In this document: positions 44,651 through 58,117 of the stretch, in pieces
Numbering within the stretch: the first letter of the stretch is position 1
How the letters are laid out: each line of letters begins with the position of its first letter
Assembly: GCF_009834535.1 (NCBI RefSeq)
Contig: NC_045696.1
Span: 63,862,001-63,926,000 of the forward strand
DNA from: Camelus ferus
Lineage: Eukaryota
Length of the DNA stretch: 64,000 bases
Direction of reading: 5' to 3'
Made by a program: the position numbers and the translations under genes
The notes under the pieces: generated by a model
What the model saw: only the letters and a program-made list of their open reading frames with translations
What the model was told of the DNA's origin: nothing
Databases searched by the model: none

Positions 44651-45067
44651 TAAAAGGGTAGAATTTCCTGATGAGAAAAGGGAAGGAAGGTATACTCTCA
44701 TCAAATGAAACTATGGAAGCAAGCAAAGCCTTGGGACAGGAAAGTGTGGGATTCAGGAACTAGTACAATGGAGCTGAAGCACATTAGCTGCTCTGCTTCC
44801 CAACACATTTCCTCTCTTCCCTCTCAAAAGGGGGACCCTGAGTTCTCCATAGTTTACTAGGCTCTTTCTCCTAAACTCTACTGCAAACTTCGTAATGTGC
44901 TCCTAGCAATGTCTCTTCTGGAAGGGAAAATCCTGCTCCTGTACAACTGAAAATCATATTTTTCCATTTCCCACATACTGTCTTACTGTAAATAAACTAA
45001 AAAGCAACTGTTAAAGAGAGTAAAGAATCTGATGGATGCCTAAGATTATCAGCTAATAAAATATCTA

Positions 45068-45319
<252 letters not shown>

Positions 45320-45329
45320 TCACGTTATA

Positions 45330-45538
45330 CTAGGGATGGCCAATAAACCTTCTGTGATGAAGAAAGTATTCTGTATCTGTGCTGTCCAATATGGTAGCCA
45401 CTAGCCACATGGGGATATTGAGCCCTTGAAATGTGTGGCTAGTGTAACTGAGGAGCTGGTTTTAATTTTATTTAATGTTAACTAATTTAAAGTTAAACAA
45501 CCACACAAGGCTAGTGACCACTGTATCGGACAGCACAG
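45330..45538 (+). mobile_element. MER3-like hAT-Charlie MITE
   Basis: ctgtgctgtccaatatggtagccactagccacatg...gctagtgaccactgtatcggacagcacag with internal inverted repeat. Confidence 0.8.
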
Positions 45539-46123
45539 TTCTACACACTTGCCAGCTCCCACCCCAACAGACAATACTCAAGACTGTGTAAGAGGACTAC
45601 CCTGATTTACTATACTAACACAGAGGCAAACACACTTTTCCAGTTCAAAAGACTCTCTACATGTCATAACGTTTTAAAATTCAGTTGCCCTTTAGCCTTT
45701 CCTTTTTGCTTTTCTGTCAGTATCTCATTTCCTGTTATTTTCTGTCAATACCTATTTAAGAACATCCCTTTGACATCCCCAACTCCAACTTCCCCCAATA
45801 CTGTAAAAGAAATATATATGTGTATTTAAAAATATAAGCGATTAAAAAAATCACTTTATAGTGACCTTTGGGGGGGGGCCCTCTGTGCTGTCTTTCAGTG
45901 CCCACATGCTAAGGGCCAGCCTATCCTGTCAGCACGTTTTGTACTGTGACAAACTGCTCCCAATTCAGCAGCTTAAGGACTTGCTTATTAGATACAGATC
46001 ACTATTTGGGAGAAATTATGGAAATTCATGTTAAGCTAACAGCTATAAAACAAACTTTTAAATGAAAACAGTTTAAGCTACTCACTCACCATAAATTCTT
46101 TAAATATCGAAACAAAATACCTA

Positions 46124-46240
<117 letters not shown>

Positions 46241-46250
46241 TTACTATTTA

Positions 46251-46361
<111 letters not shown>

Positions 46362-47287
46362 CTATTTTTAAAAGTGGGAAAAATAAATGTGAGATGTAGG
46401 TTTACATAATTTTTAAAGCATAATATACTATTTAGAAAGCAAATTTAATGGTGCTGAACATGTATATGTTTAGTTAAAGATATAAGGATGTACAAAAGTA
46501 TTGAAATGTATTTCAATTGCTATTTGAGGAAAGAATTAAATACATTTAATTTTCTTATATTAAAAATGTCATATGAAAACATAAGTACCAAAATTAGAAC
46601 TTGGAATGATATACAGTGTCAGGCCTTAGTTTGAGCTTCTGCTCTGCTACTTACTAGGTATGTGGCCTTAAGTAAGTTACTTAACTTTTTCAAAATGGTA
46701 GTTGAAAAGATGATAAGATAATATGAGACTTAACATAGTGCCACAAGCACTCAATAAATGGTCCTTGTTATTCTTTCCCCATACTCTTCTCCAAATATCT
46801 AAATTCTAACAAAGTTGGATGTTTTAAACTCTCTCTTTAAAAAAAAAAAAGGATCTATTGGTTCTCAACTCTTTTAGGGTTAAAAATCCTTTTCTAACTG
46901 TAATAAAAACTGCAGACTCTGTCTCCATAAAATTGCCCATGTGCACAGAGATCATTTACACACAATATAAAAGAGTTCCTACCCCCCAAAGTCCACTCAG
47001 ATCAATACTGAGGTAAGAATCCCTCCTCTGAGATAAGATACATCCCTAAGCTACTGCTGAATCTTTGGTATAAAAAAAGACTGATATAAGCTTCAACTGT
47101 ACTTCAAAGGAAATTCAAACTTACTATCCCAGAGAAGAGGAGAAAAAAAAAAAATGAAAGGAATGACAAGAGATGAGGAGGCACAGAAACGTGCTTCTCC
47201 CTCACCTCTCCCCTTCTCTGTATCAGGACCAATGCTGCAATGGCAGGTCTTACCCTTAAAAATCAGGCAAAGCTAAGGTCACAAGGC

Positions 47288-47804
47288 TGTGCAGAAAAAA
47301 GCTGACATAGCAGACCTGAGACTGCTGTCCTCAGAAAGGCCTGCTTGTCCTCGGCTGGCAACTGGGAACATAACTGGTAAACAATTCCCTACATTGATAT
47401 AGAACTTTCCCTAAATAACAGTGGCTCATTGTGCAATAAGTGTGGTTTATGTTGAACATCTGCTTTCCTCTGGGCGTCTGGAATTTTGGTACTTGAGGGT
47501 GCCCACGTGACCAGCCCCCAAGGAAAACCTTAGGTGCCGAGTCTCTAACGGGTAACTTGTTGCTGGAGGGATTAAACATTTCCTGCGTGGCTCTACTGGG
47601 AAAGGACTCTTGGAAACTTGGGCCTGGTTTCCTTCAGATATCATCTCTTGCGCCTTTTTCTTTTGTGATTTTGTTTTGTATCCTATCATTGTAATCAAAC
47701 CTTAGGTGCACGTGTAACTATGTGCTGAGTCCTGTGAGTCCTATGAGTCCTTCGAGAGAATCAGTAAACCAAGGGGTAGTCTGTCTTGGAAACCAGTTAC
47801 TACA
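47288..47804. mobile_element. Solo LTR, MER68-like (ERVL class)
   Basis: Starts tgtgcagaaaaaagctgacatagcagacctgagactgctgtcctcagaaaggcctgcttg; ends ca; near-TSD aaggc/gaggc. Confidence 0.7.
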
Positions 47805-47929
47805 GAGGCATAGTCCCACAAAGCTTCAGATGGGAAAAAGAGAAATTCTAAGCAGTAGCACAAGGGATGGGCACTTACACATCTGAAGTTGTTATTCTAC
47901 GGGGGACAAAGATATCATAATAACAAGAG

Positions 47930-48175
47930 ATGACAGCAACATTTACATAACACTGTTGTGCCAAGCACTGTTTCAACCACTTTACAACAAATATTAAGCT
48001 CAATAAACCTCCATAACCTATGAAGCACTACCATTCATATCTTCATTTCCAACAGATGAAGCCTAAAGCACTGAAAAAGTTAAATAACTTACTCAAAGTT
48101 ACACAGCTAGCAAAGAGTAGAGCAGAATGGAAGCCAAGCAATCTGGCTATAGACTGCGCACTCTGGCCCACTACC
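47930..48175 (-). mobile_element. MIR SINE
   Basis: acagatgaagcctaaagcac...agttaaataacttactcaaagttacacagctag. Confidence 0.7.
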
Positions 48176-48926
48176 CTATGCCTTTACAATTAAGTAGAGA
48201 GCATGCCCTAAGACAAGACTTTCACTCTAATAAAACTAACAATACAATGTTACCTTGAAATAGAACTCTTTCCTTGTTAAGGGAAGAGGAGAGAAAAGGA
48301 CACTGAACACCATGTATAGAAGTCAGAGAATCTCACAAATGAAAATGACCCTAGAGATCAACTAGACTAATAGGTTGGGTTCTGCATCGCCTGGATGCAG
48401 AAAAGTAACACGATTTGCCCAAGGACATGTAGCCAGTTGCTAGTAGAGCATGGATAAGAATGCCGAGCCCTGATACCCACCCCAATGCCTCTCTATTATG
48501 AAAATCTGCTACACAGTCTTTGATCAGTTAGGAAAGGTAATGTTTCTCTAAAAAAACAATGAATAATTTAAAAATTTTAAGAATAAAATAAGATCCAAAA
48601 GGAATCTAAACTGTCACTAGTTTTATACTAATTTACAAACATCAACTTAAGCTTTTTAAACTAAAACAGAAAATACTGCAAATGAGGTTAATGACTCAGC
48701 ATATAAAATTCCTTAGAGTAAGCAACATTGGCAGTTTTAAGTATTTGAAGCAAACTAATTATAATTGTGGAATTTCATTTATACTTCAAAATTGCACTTA
48801 AGTAATTTACTATAACTTTATAATACTTTGCTTTTAATGAGAACCAAGAAAAAAAATCCCATACAATTTGTGTATCATAAGTTTTTTTTAAAAAAACAAA
48901 CAGACCAGCCCAACCAGTCCCTGTCA

Positions 48927-49169
<243 letters not shown>

Positions 49170-49451
49170 TCAACAAGCTATAACCTTGTTATAGTAAGAA
49201 AATTTTTAATATTTTACTTTAGTTATGAAAAGAAATTCTAGCCAATAAAAATTCCTATGATGCCTACACAGTGAAATGTATCGCTATATTACCAACTTTA
49301 ATTCTAGTCACTAATAAAATGAAGAAGTAAGAGGACAGGACAAAACATATTTATTTTCTATGTTTATGTAACATGCATATTTAAAGCAAAGCTTGGATTG
49401 CTAAATAAGGAAGAACATGAGTGATATTAAAAATCTTTCGATAAAATTTAC

Positions 49452-49551
49452 CTTGAATACATAATATGATGGCATTAGGATTCTGCATATAAGCTTTGCT
49501 GATACTGAAAATAGTTTCCTTTGTGTCAGGAGCCATGCCTGATGTCACAGT
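49452..49551 (-). CDS. OPA1: OPA1 exon 13 (100 nt)
   Basis: [33 protein letters not shown]; aag/gtaaat. Confidence 0.97.
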
Positions 49552-49581
49552 CTTGAAGAAAAAAGGTTTTAAATGTCATTA

Positions 49582-49707
<126 letters not shown>

Positions 49708-49970
49708 CTATTCAGAGGGTAAAAAAAACCAAAAAAACAAAAAAATATTTTGGGAGGAAGCTTGTTAAGAATTTTTTGGTGACACAAATTCTGAAACTTC
49801 TATACCTCATCCATTCAGATATGCGACTCAGAAAAGTTAAAGTATTTCTGATCTTAAGAGTAATTATCCTAGAAAATTACCCACAAAATACGTTATTTGG
49901 AATAAAAAAAGAACAACTAATGAAGCTTCTTGGAATAGCTGCAGTCTAAACATCAATAGCAATGTCATTA

Positions 49971-50105
<135 letters not shown>

Positions 50106-50234
50106 CTATCAATGGAAAACAACAAAATCCTAAGAAAATCTTCAGTTAGCAAATACTCCATTTAGTTGCCTTTTATGAGCTGACATAGGTTATAAAGTTA
50201 CACATATATTAAGCTGCATATGAATTCTACTTAC

Positions 50235-50315
50235 ATCTTCCTCTTTGGTAAGATCAAACTCCCGAGAACTATCTTTAAACAAGGCCACGTGGTGAGGGCC
50301 TTCACTCAGAGTCAC
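50235..50315 (-). CDS. OPA1: OPA1 exon 10 (81 nt)
   Basis: [27 protein letters not shown]; cag/gtaagt. Confidence 0.97.
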
Positions 50316-52594
50316 CTGAAATTAACAGAAAATTGAGAAGACTGTATTTACAACTCCTATGAATTCTCACTGCATTTACTTTGTCTAGACTGGACCACTG
50401 CATCACACAAATCCAGAGGTCCCTTTATATTACATGTCAGGAGCACTCCAGGGGCTGTCAACATGACAATGCAGAGACTACAGAATTCTGTATCCACACT
50501 GTCCAAACATCTGTCACATGCGTTATAATCTCCCAACAAGACTGCTGGCTACTTTACATTTTTCATGACCCAAAACGCTGCTGCCTCTCTCATTTCCCAG
50601 TCAACGTGACACACAGTATCAAGCACAAAATCATTAATCTCAAACTTGAAAAACTAAAAGAAAATCTTGCATTTCACTTCAAAGGTAAATTTAGGTAGGT
50701 AAAGGGCAATTCATTTACCCAACATCGATTTATTGAGGGCTAACTGTGGCAGACGTAGCAGGGGAAACGTGAAGAATTGATTGTTCCTGGTTTAGCCCTC
50801 GCCATATGCTGGGAGAAATATACACAGAGATAACACATCAGAGTAACAAAATGTAGGGTGCCACAGAAGACAGAGTACCGAGGGGAACTAAGGCAGCCTT
50901 CACCCAAGGAGGGATATTTGAGCAAGAAATTTTCTAACAACTTACATGGTCAGTGGTTTTATGCGAACTTCTAAACTTCACATTCCTTAACTTTTCAATT
51001 GTAACTTTTCAAGCTTCTCTATAATGATTCAAATTCACTTTGAAAATACAGTTCTTTCTATTGAGATTACCTAAGCATACATAAGATAACAAACAAAAGC
51101 CAGCTGTTTGAAGGCATCAGAGGAGCAACCATGGTAACCTGGACTGAGTCCAAGACCCCAAAGGACATAGGGGGATATTCTTTTTTTCCTCTATTTTCCC
51201 TTGGGGCATTTGCTGATTTGTGGCACAGGGCAGCCTGAGAGAGAAGCTCAAAACTTGTAGCAGTCTCTTTGGGTTGAGGGACAAAAGCAGGTATCAGGAT
51301 TATCAAGCAGCCACAATTTAAGGTGCCAAGATCCCAGAGAAAAATGGATAGCAAAAATGAACTTCCAAAAACTGAGCCCTACATTCTACACACAATTTCC
51401 CTTTAAGGCATTTGCACATTAAGAAACAAAGCAGAAAGAAGCTGCTAAAGAGGTTAAGATGCTAAGTCAAGATTCTGGCATCTCACTCTTCAAGGAGAGT
51501 CTAGAAAATCTGGAGTTAGAGTCCTTTAAGAAATCCTGGTAAATACTAGAGGAGTAATGGCAAACTGGAAAGAGACCACCCTTGTCTTGTTTCAAGGAAC
51601 TCTGTCCATGATACCTGCCTGCCGAAGTTGATTCCTTCCTAAAATATCCCATCAGCCACAGCCACTACAATAGGATGCTGGTAACAATGTAAAAGGTAGG
51701 TTTACACTATTTCTACAGTTGATTACAGAGCATCATATAAGATACAGTCGGTTCATTTTTTCCCCCCAAAATGGAAAAATTCCAAATGCCTATCGATAGT
51801 TAAATGGATCTATAAAGTATGTTACGTTCACAGAACACCAAGCGGTGAAAAAAGAAACTAGCTTTACACAACATGGTTCAACTCACAGCCAAACCCCAGA
51901 CAATGCACTCTATGAATCACACTGCCTGTTGCAGTTATAAACAGACTTCATTTCTGGAAGATTTTAGCATCAGCTTCATTGTCTCACTTTCTACCACTAT
52001 TCTGGCCTTCATTCTTGGTGATTTCAATTTTCCAATTCTCCAAGCACTCCTACACCACTCACCCATCAGCTGAACTAAAACACACACAAACACACACACA
52101 CAGATCCCCCTTAGATTTATGTCCACAGACTTTAATGGGGTGTGTGTGTGTACCTATTTTTTAAAAGACGTCTTTCTTACCTTAGCCTTCAATACCTTCT
52201 CCCTTCTTTACTTAACAGCCAATAAATCTAGTTTCCTATTTCCACTTTCCTGAGGAAGTGGAAGCAATCAGAAGAAAACATCCAGTATTCTAGCTACTTG
52301 CCTCCACTGGCAAATTCAATGATTACGACTCCTCAGTTTCTATCTCTGGCCCAAATCTCTCTCCAAACTTGTATATCCCAACTGCTCCTTTGTTTGTTAA
52401 CACTCCTCAGGCAAGTCCAAAACTCCTGATCTTTGTTCTTGCCTGAGGGATGCCTCCTACTGATTTCTGTACTAGGAATAATTCCAAATGCCATGTATCA
52501 GCTCTTTCTTTTGTCAAAATTCTTCATTGCAACACAGCAGACAAACTTTGTGAAAGTGATTACTTTCCTGAGAAACTTCATTTGGCCTATTCTT

Positions 52595-52714
52595 TTCTTT
52601 TTTTAGTTGAAGTATAGTTGACAAACAATACGTTAGTTTCAGATGTACAGAACAGTGATTTGACATGTAAACACGTTACAAAATGATCGCCAAGGTAAGC
52701 CTACTAACCTGAAG
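52595..52714 (-). mobile_element. Short L1 3' end inserted near the start of intron 9
   Basis: ttttagttgaagtatagttgac...gttagtttcagatgtacagaacagtgatt; TSD ggcctat(t)ctt at 52584-52594 and 52715-52724. Confidence 0.75.
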
Positions 52715-52720
52715 GGCCTA

Positions 52721-52882
<162 letters not shown>

Positions 52883-53435
52883 CTAACTTAAATTTAAATA
52901 GATTTGGAACACTGCTGAGAATTTTTAGTCTTTAAACATTATCCACAGTTAAATGATTTTAAAATATCAACCATGAAAAGAATGATGGTTGATACATGTA
53001 TTAAAAATAAACAGCAAAATATAATTGGATCCACTATTAGTCAAATTTTTATTAAAAACTTATACTAATTTAAACCACTAGTTCTAAAAACAGATTAACA
53101 TTAATGTTCCATAAATCTTTTCCATAGCTACTTTACTCTTTACAATGATATTTTCAACTCTATGAGGTTAATTTAATCCACCATTCAAGTATTTCAATAA
53201 TATCATGGATATTAAGAATACATAATGCTAAATATCTTATAGCTTTCCTTCATTATGCATAAATATAAGTAAACCAATGGTCCAAAATAGTCAAACAACA
53301 TTCAATGCTTAAGACATCACCACATGAATAATATTATGTAAAGAAAATTTTTTGTCTTTGTCTATGTGTGTATATATGTGTATGTACTCTGTGTGTATAT
53401 ATACGCATAACTTTTTTTAAAGTTTTTTTTTGCTA

Positions 53436-53558
<123 letters not shown>

Positions 53559-55194
53559 CTATATAATTCAAAAAATTAATATGATAAAACAGTGAGACAG
53601 TTTTAAGAAACTACAGATATCAAGAGAAAAAGCTGATAAATTAAAAATGTTTTTCCATAATTATTGTATTGCTTTTTTCTAGTTATGCAAATAAATACTC
53701 CTAGTAAATGTAAAACAGTACAGAATAAAATTCCACATCTTCTTATCCGATTAATTTTATTTAAAGGTACACTGAAAGTATATTAATTCAGGTTTTCCTA
53801 ACCTTCTAATTAATTGGTAAAGGAGGACATTACTGTTTAATATTGAAGAGCTAATATTAACTGCTCAACAAAGGAAGACCATTAATCCCAAAAAGGCCCC
53901 AAAAGTGGTCAAGTGACCAACTGAAAGGAATGTTTGGTGTATGTGTCAGAGAGGGAGAGAAAGAGAGACAGAAGAAAGGGTAAAGCAGAGAAAGAATACC
54001 AAGATTACTGTTAAGTCAGTAAGAATGAGTAAGTGTGCACTGGTAATGTGACAGCATCAGGGGCAGACCTCCTGTGCTGTTCTCTCAGTAAAACCGGTAT
54101 CAAACATGGTGCCTGGAAAATAACAAGCTTCAAGGATTTGAGGAATGAACGAACATATAAACAGACTGGAAAAATGGCTACTATCCAGCATTTAGTAATT
54201 AAAGGTAAGTGTTAATACTGAGGTAGGAACACAATGAAGGCCTACAGTTCCTTTCATTTCTAAACACCTAGAAATAATTAAAAGGAAAGCAACTGCTATC
54301 CTTTCACCGCATCAAAAATAAGCAAATAGCTTTTCAAATTTTCATTACCACTTCATTTTATGAGAGAAAATATAATTTCTCAGGTAAATCCTCAACATAC
54401 ATTAACACTTGGATATGACTTTTCTCAACTGCCGTGTGTTGACTTGTAAGTAAAGTCATGCTACTTGTTTGTTTTATGCAGTCATAATTTAGAGTCAAAA
54501 CTACTAATACATGTTAGTTAAACTAGAACTATATATCTTAGGATCTTGGCTATGAAATGCATGTGCCATGATTTGGCTACACACAAATTCTGTTTACTTA
54601 CATGATATTTAAGTTAAAAGAATTACTTCAATTTAATTTAGCACATACAAGTTGGTTTAGTGAGGAATAGTAAGATTTAATTTACTGATAATGGTAATTA
54701 CCACTGTGCTGGTAACAACACTAGCATATTTTTTCAAAAAATTCTTTAAAATGACCAAGGAAACTTCCAGAAGAAACTGTTAACTCTTTTAAAACTAAAG
54801 AAAGTTACTGCTTCATTCAGTGGAAATACAGGTAAGGCAATGAAGATTAAGTCATATATAAATGTCTATCAGCTCACAATGCTGGCTCTTCAGCTACAGA
54901 AGTTAAGTAAGTCTAAAGATAAACTGAGTATTTAAGAAAAAATAAATTGATTCACAAGATAAGACTCTTAAAAGCATGAAGAATTTATGGGCATCATATA
55001 AACAAATGTTTGGAGATTATAATTTGAGAAATGTCTTATCATGAGAAGAGAACTCTCTAGCCCCCAAAAATATCAGATTAGAAAGAAAAGGATGATAGAA
55101 CGCTTTGCAGTTCCTTAAAAACTGGTATTGATGAACACACAATGTGAAGTGGCAAAGTTCTGAGAACTGACAAATCAAGACCAATTTGAAATAC

Positions 55195-55299
55195 CTTAAG
55201 CTTTCTATGATGGATGCCTTTGTCATCTTTCTGCAACACTAATTTTCTCAATTCTTTATTCTCCTTTTCTAATCGTTCCAAGATTCGCTGGTACTTTAA
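55195..55299 (-). CDS. OPA1: OPA1 exon 7 (105 nt), coiled coil
   Basis: [35 protein letters not shown]; cag/gtattt. Confidence 0.97.
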
Positions 55300-56475
55300 C
55301 TGCAACAAAATAATACATGTAACTTAAGAAAAAGATAAGTTAAAAAAACACATTAATTTAATCTAAATTAAAATCTTTTAAAACCCTGAAGCTTTATCTC
55401 CTGACTACTTAAGTTACATCATTTAAAAGGCTTCTATGAAAAATGCTGAATAAATTATGCATATTATCTCAAATAATGAACTTCATTATAGTTTTCTATT
55501 ATAATTGGCATTTTATTTGAAAAATTCTTTGCTGTTTATATTGAAGAAATTACTTAAAAATACTAAAAGCGTAAGGAGTTAAAGCAGCAAGTTCCTAAGT
55601 ATACTCTTGAAGCAGTATTTTCTATTACATCAAAAGTTTTCAGTCTTCATTAAACGGACACCTGACAAAAAATTCAAATACTCTCCATTCCCCATATTAT
55701 TTTATGCTTTAATTAAAATGATAAAAAATACAAACAGCTAACAGTACCTGATCATGCATTATGTGACAGGCCCTTTACTGAGTGTTTCCCCTGCATTAAC
55801 TCCTGTAGGCTTTCATGTGAGGCAAAGGTTAACAGATTAGGAATCTGAGGTTAGGGAGGCTTGCTAATTTACCTAAGGACACATAGTTTGGAATATAGGT
55901 CTGAGTTGAGGGCTCAAACTCTTTCAAGTTTTAGTAAGTTTCTTGGCCAGAGAATACATACTAATTTTTAAAATACTGATTTAAAAACAATTTAAAGTAG
56001 ACGAATATGTTTAGACAAGCTTTTTTTGTCAAAGTAGATGCTTGGCTACACACTGTTTTCAAATACATGTGATCCTTTTCTAATTGTTCTTCTCTGTTTT
56101 TAAATTATTTCTCCTCTAAACATTAACAATGTTCAGAAAACTATTAAGAATTACTCTTTCCTATAATCAACTGAATGTTTATGTCCAACTTATAATAATA
56201 TGCCTTTTATAATGGAAAATATTTCTTAGAAAATCTTTTAGGTTGTTATAATGTTCCAAGAACAAAGGAAGTAACAAAAGATCACGGCTTTATCCTCAGA
56301 TAATGTCCAACTTAAGCCAAACTAAAGAAAACAATATTAGCACTGAACTATATAGTACGAGACAGGTAGAACTACAGGCTAGATTCGATTATAAATGTAT
56401 TTTTTACAGAACTTGTTCATTTACATGTAGTAATAGCCTATACAACAAATTCTGGTAGTTATCTAAGAATTAGGT

Positions 56476-56775
56476 CTTCACTGTCTAATACGGACGGTAC
56501 CCCCATATCTAGCCACATGTAGATATTGAACACTTGAAATGTGGCTAGTCTGAATTGAGATGTGTTTAGCAGAAAATATACACCAGATTTCTATAATTCA
56601 GTAAAAATACATAAACACCTCATTACTATTTTTACTAATTAAATGTTTAAATTATATTATTTGAGATCTACTGGGTTAAATATTAACATCAAAATTCTAT
56701 TTCTTTTTACCTTTTTTTAAATGTAAAAATTTTAAATTACACATGGCTTGCATTATATTTTTACCGGGCACTACT
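56476..56775 (-). mobile_element. MER33-like hAT-Charlie element
   Basis: ctagccacatgtagatattgaacacttgaaatgtggctagtctgaattgagatgtg...tggcttgcattatattt. Confidence 0.75.
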
Positions 56776-57041
56776 GATATAGGTAACACCGTTATTACAA
56801 CATGAATTTTCCATAGAGTGTTTGCGTCAACACCTAGAGCTGACAACCACAACTGCACAAACTGAAGGGTTGGTATCAATAGGTATAAGGGTGGTAGGAT
56901 TTCCACTGGCTCACTTCTTAGTAAATATGGAATCAATTATGGATCTGCATTTCCTGGAGATGGAAATATTCTTTGGTATAGGTGCCAATATGCAGCCATC
57001 CTGCAGAGATGTCCTACCGGGCTGTCCTGCAAGTCTCTAAA

Positions 57042-57225
57042 CCAATGATTCTCAAACTTAAGAATTCATCAGAATCACTTGAGGGCTTTTAAGAAGAAAG
57101 ATTGCTCAGCTCTACTCCCAGTTTCCAACTCAGTGTGTTTGGGAAGGGACCAATATTTACATTTTCAACAAGTTCCCAAAGGATACTACTGATGTTAATA
57201 CTCCAGAGACCACACTCTGAGGATA
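57042..57225. mobile_element. MER5A-like hAT-Charlie element
   Basis: ttctcaaactt...atcagaatcacttgaggg...ttttcaacaagttccc...gaccacactctgag. Confidence 0.7.
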
Positions 57226-58063
57226 ATCAGTCTTAATCTCTGGCTGCAGATTGTAATCACTTGGCCGAGCAGCCTTAAAATATGTACATAGTGTGCTGCC
57301 CAGAGGGATTCTAACACATAGTCAGGTATAAGAATCAATGCATAGATAATAAATAAACCTGAGACTCAAAATGTACTGGTTTTTAATTTTACCTAGATTG
57401 TCTTTGTTGTATTTTTGCCCCTAAAAAGAGAGACCCAAGGTAAGTCTTTTTAATTAAAAAAAAATTCTTAATTATTGCATATCATTTTATCTACATAGAA
57501 TAACTAACGACAGAGTGGGTAATAGGGAAATTTTTCACTAGAATGGTACCTATTCATTATATTGCACAGAATAAGTCTTTAAAATAATGATAATTGTATC
57601 ATCAGCTATAAGAAAACAGCCTTCAGAGCAGTGTTAGAAATATCTTTGGAAAGGTTATTATCTTAATAGCTTTGGGCTTCAGAGAACTGTGGCAGATTCA
57701 ACTCCAATGTCTTTAACTGTTACTTAAATTAATCAGCCTATCAATGTAAAAATGCAAGCATAGTTTTATATAAAGACAAGCCACTTACCCCAGTTTTTTT
57801 TTCCTCCTATAGCTTTTCTTTAAAATTAGAAGCATAAGATTCACTCAAAAATAGGTTTTTACACGAGTTAACTAAATTTATCAAGTTCCTTCATTATTCC
57901 TTATTTCTCAACTAGCTTTTGTATTTTTTTCATCTATTGATAATAAGGTTCTATCATTGAACCATTCCACATTTTGCTTTGTTAAAAACAATAAATTTTT
58001 ACATAACCAAATTTACATTAGAGTGTAAGAAAAACTCTGGTTCTTTTTACTCATCAGAATTAC

Positions 58064-58117
58064 CTGAGTATGCAGAAGCTCTTCTTGAAGTTGGTCAATT
58101 TTCTCTTTGTCTGACAC
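58064..58117 (-). CDS. OPA1: OPA1 exon 6 (54 nt)
   Basis: VSDKEKIDQLQEELLHTQ; tag/gtaatt boundaries. Confidence 0.96.

Noticed and set aside
52078..52152. (CA)n...(GT)n fold-back that could mimic a pre-miRNA
   Set aside because: Pairing comes from low-complexity dinucleotide runs
56780..57040. Higher-complexity segment between two MER elements, possible pseudogene fragment
   Set aside because: No frame I read gave a recognisable protein, and there is no poly(A) or TSD
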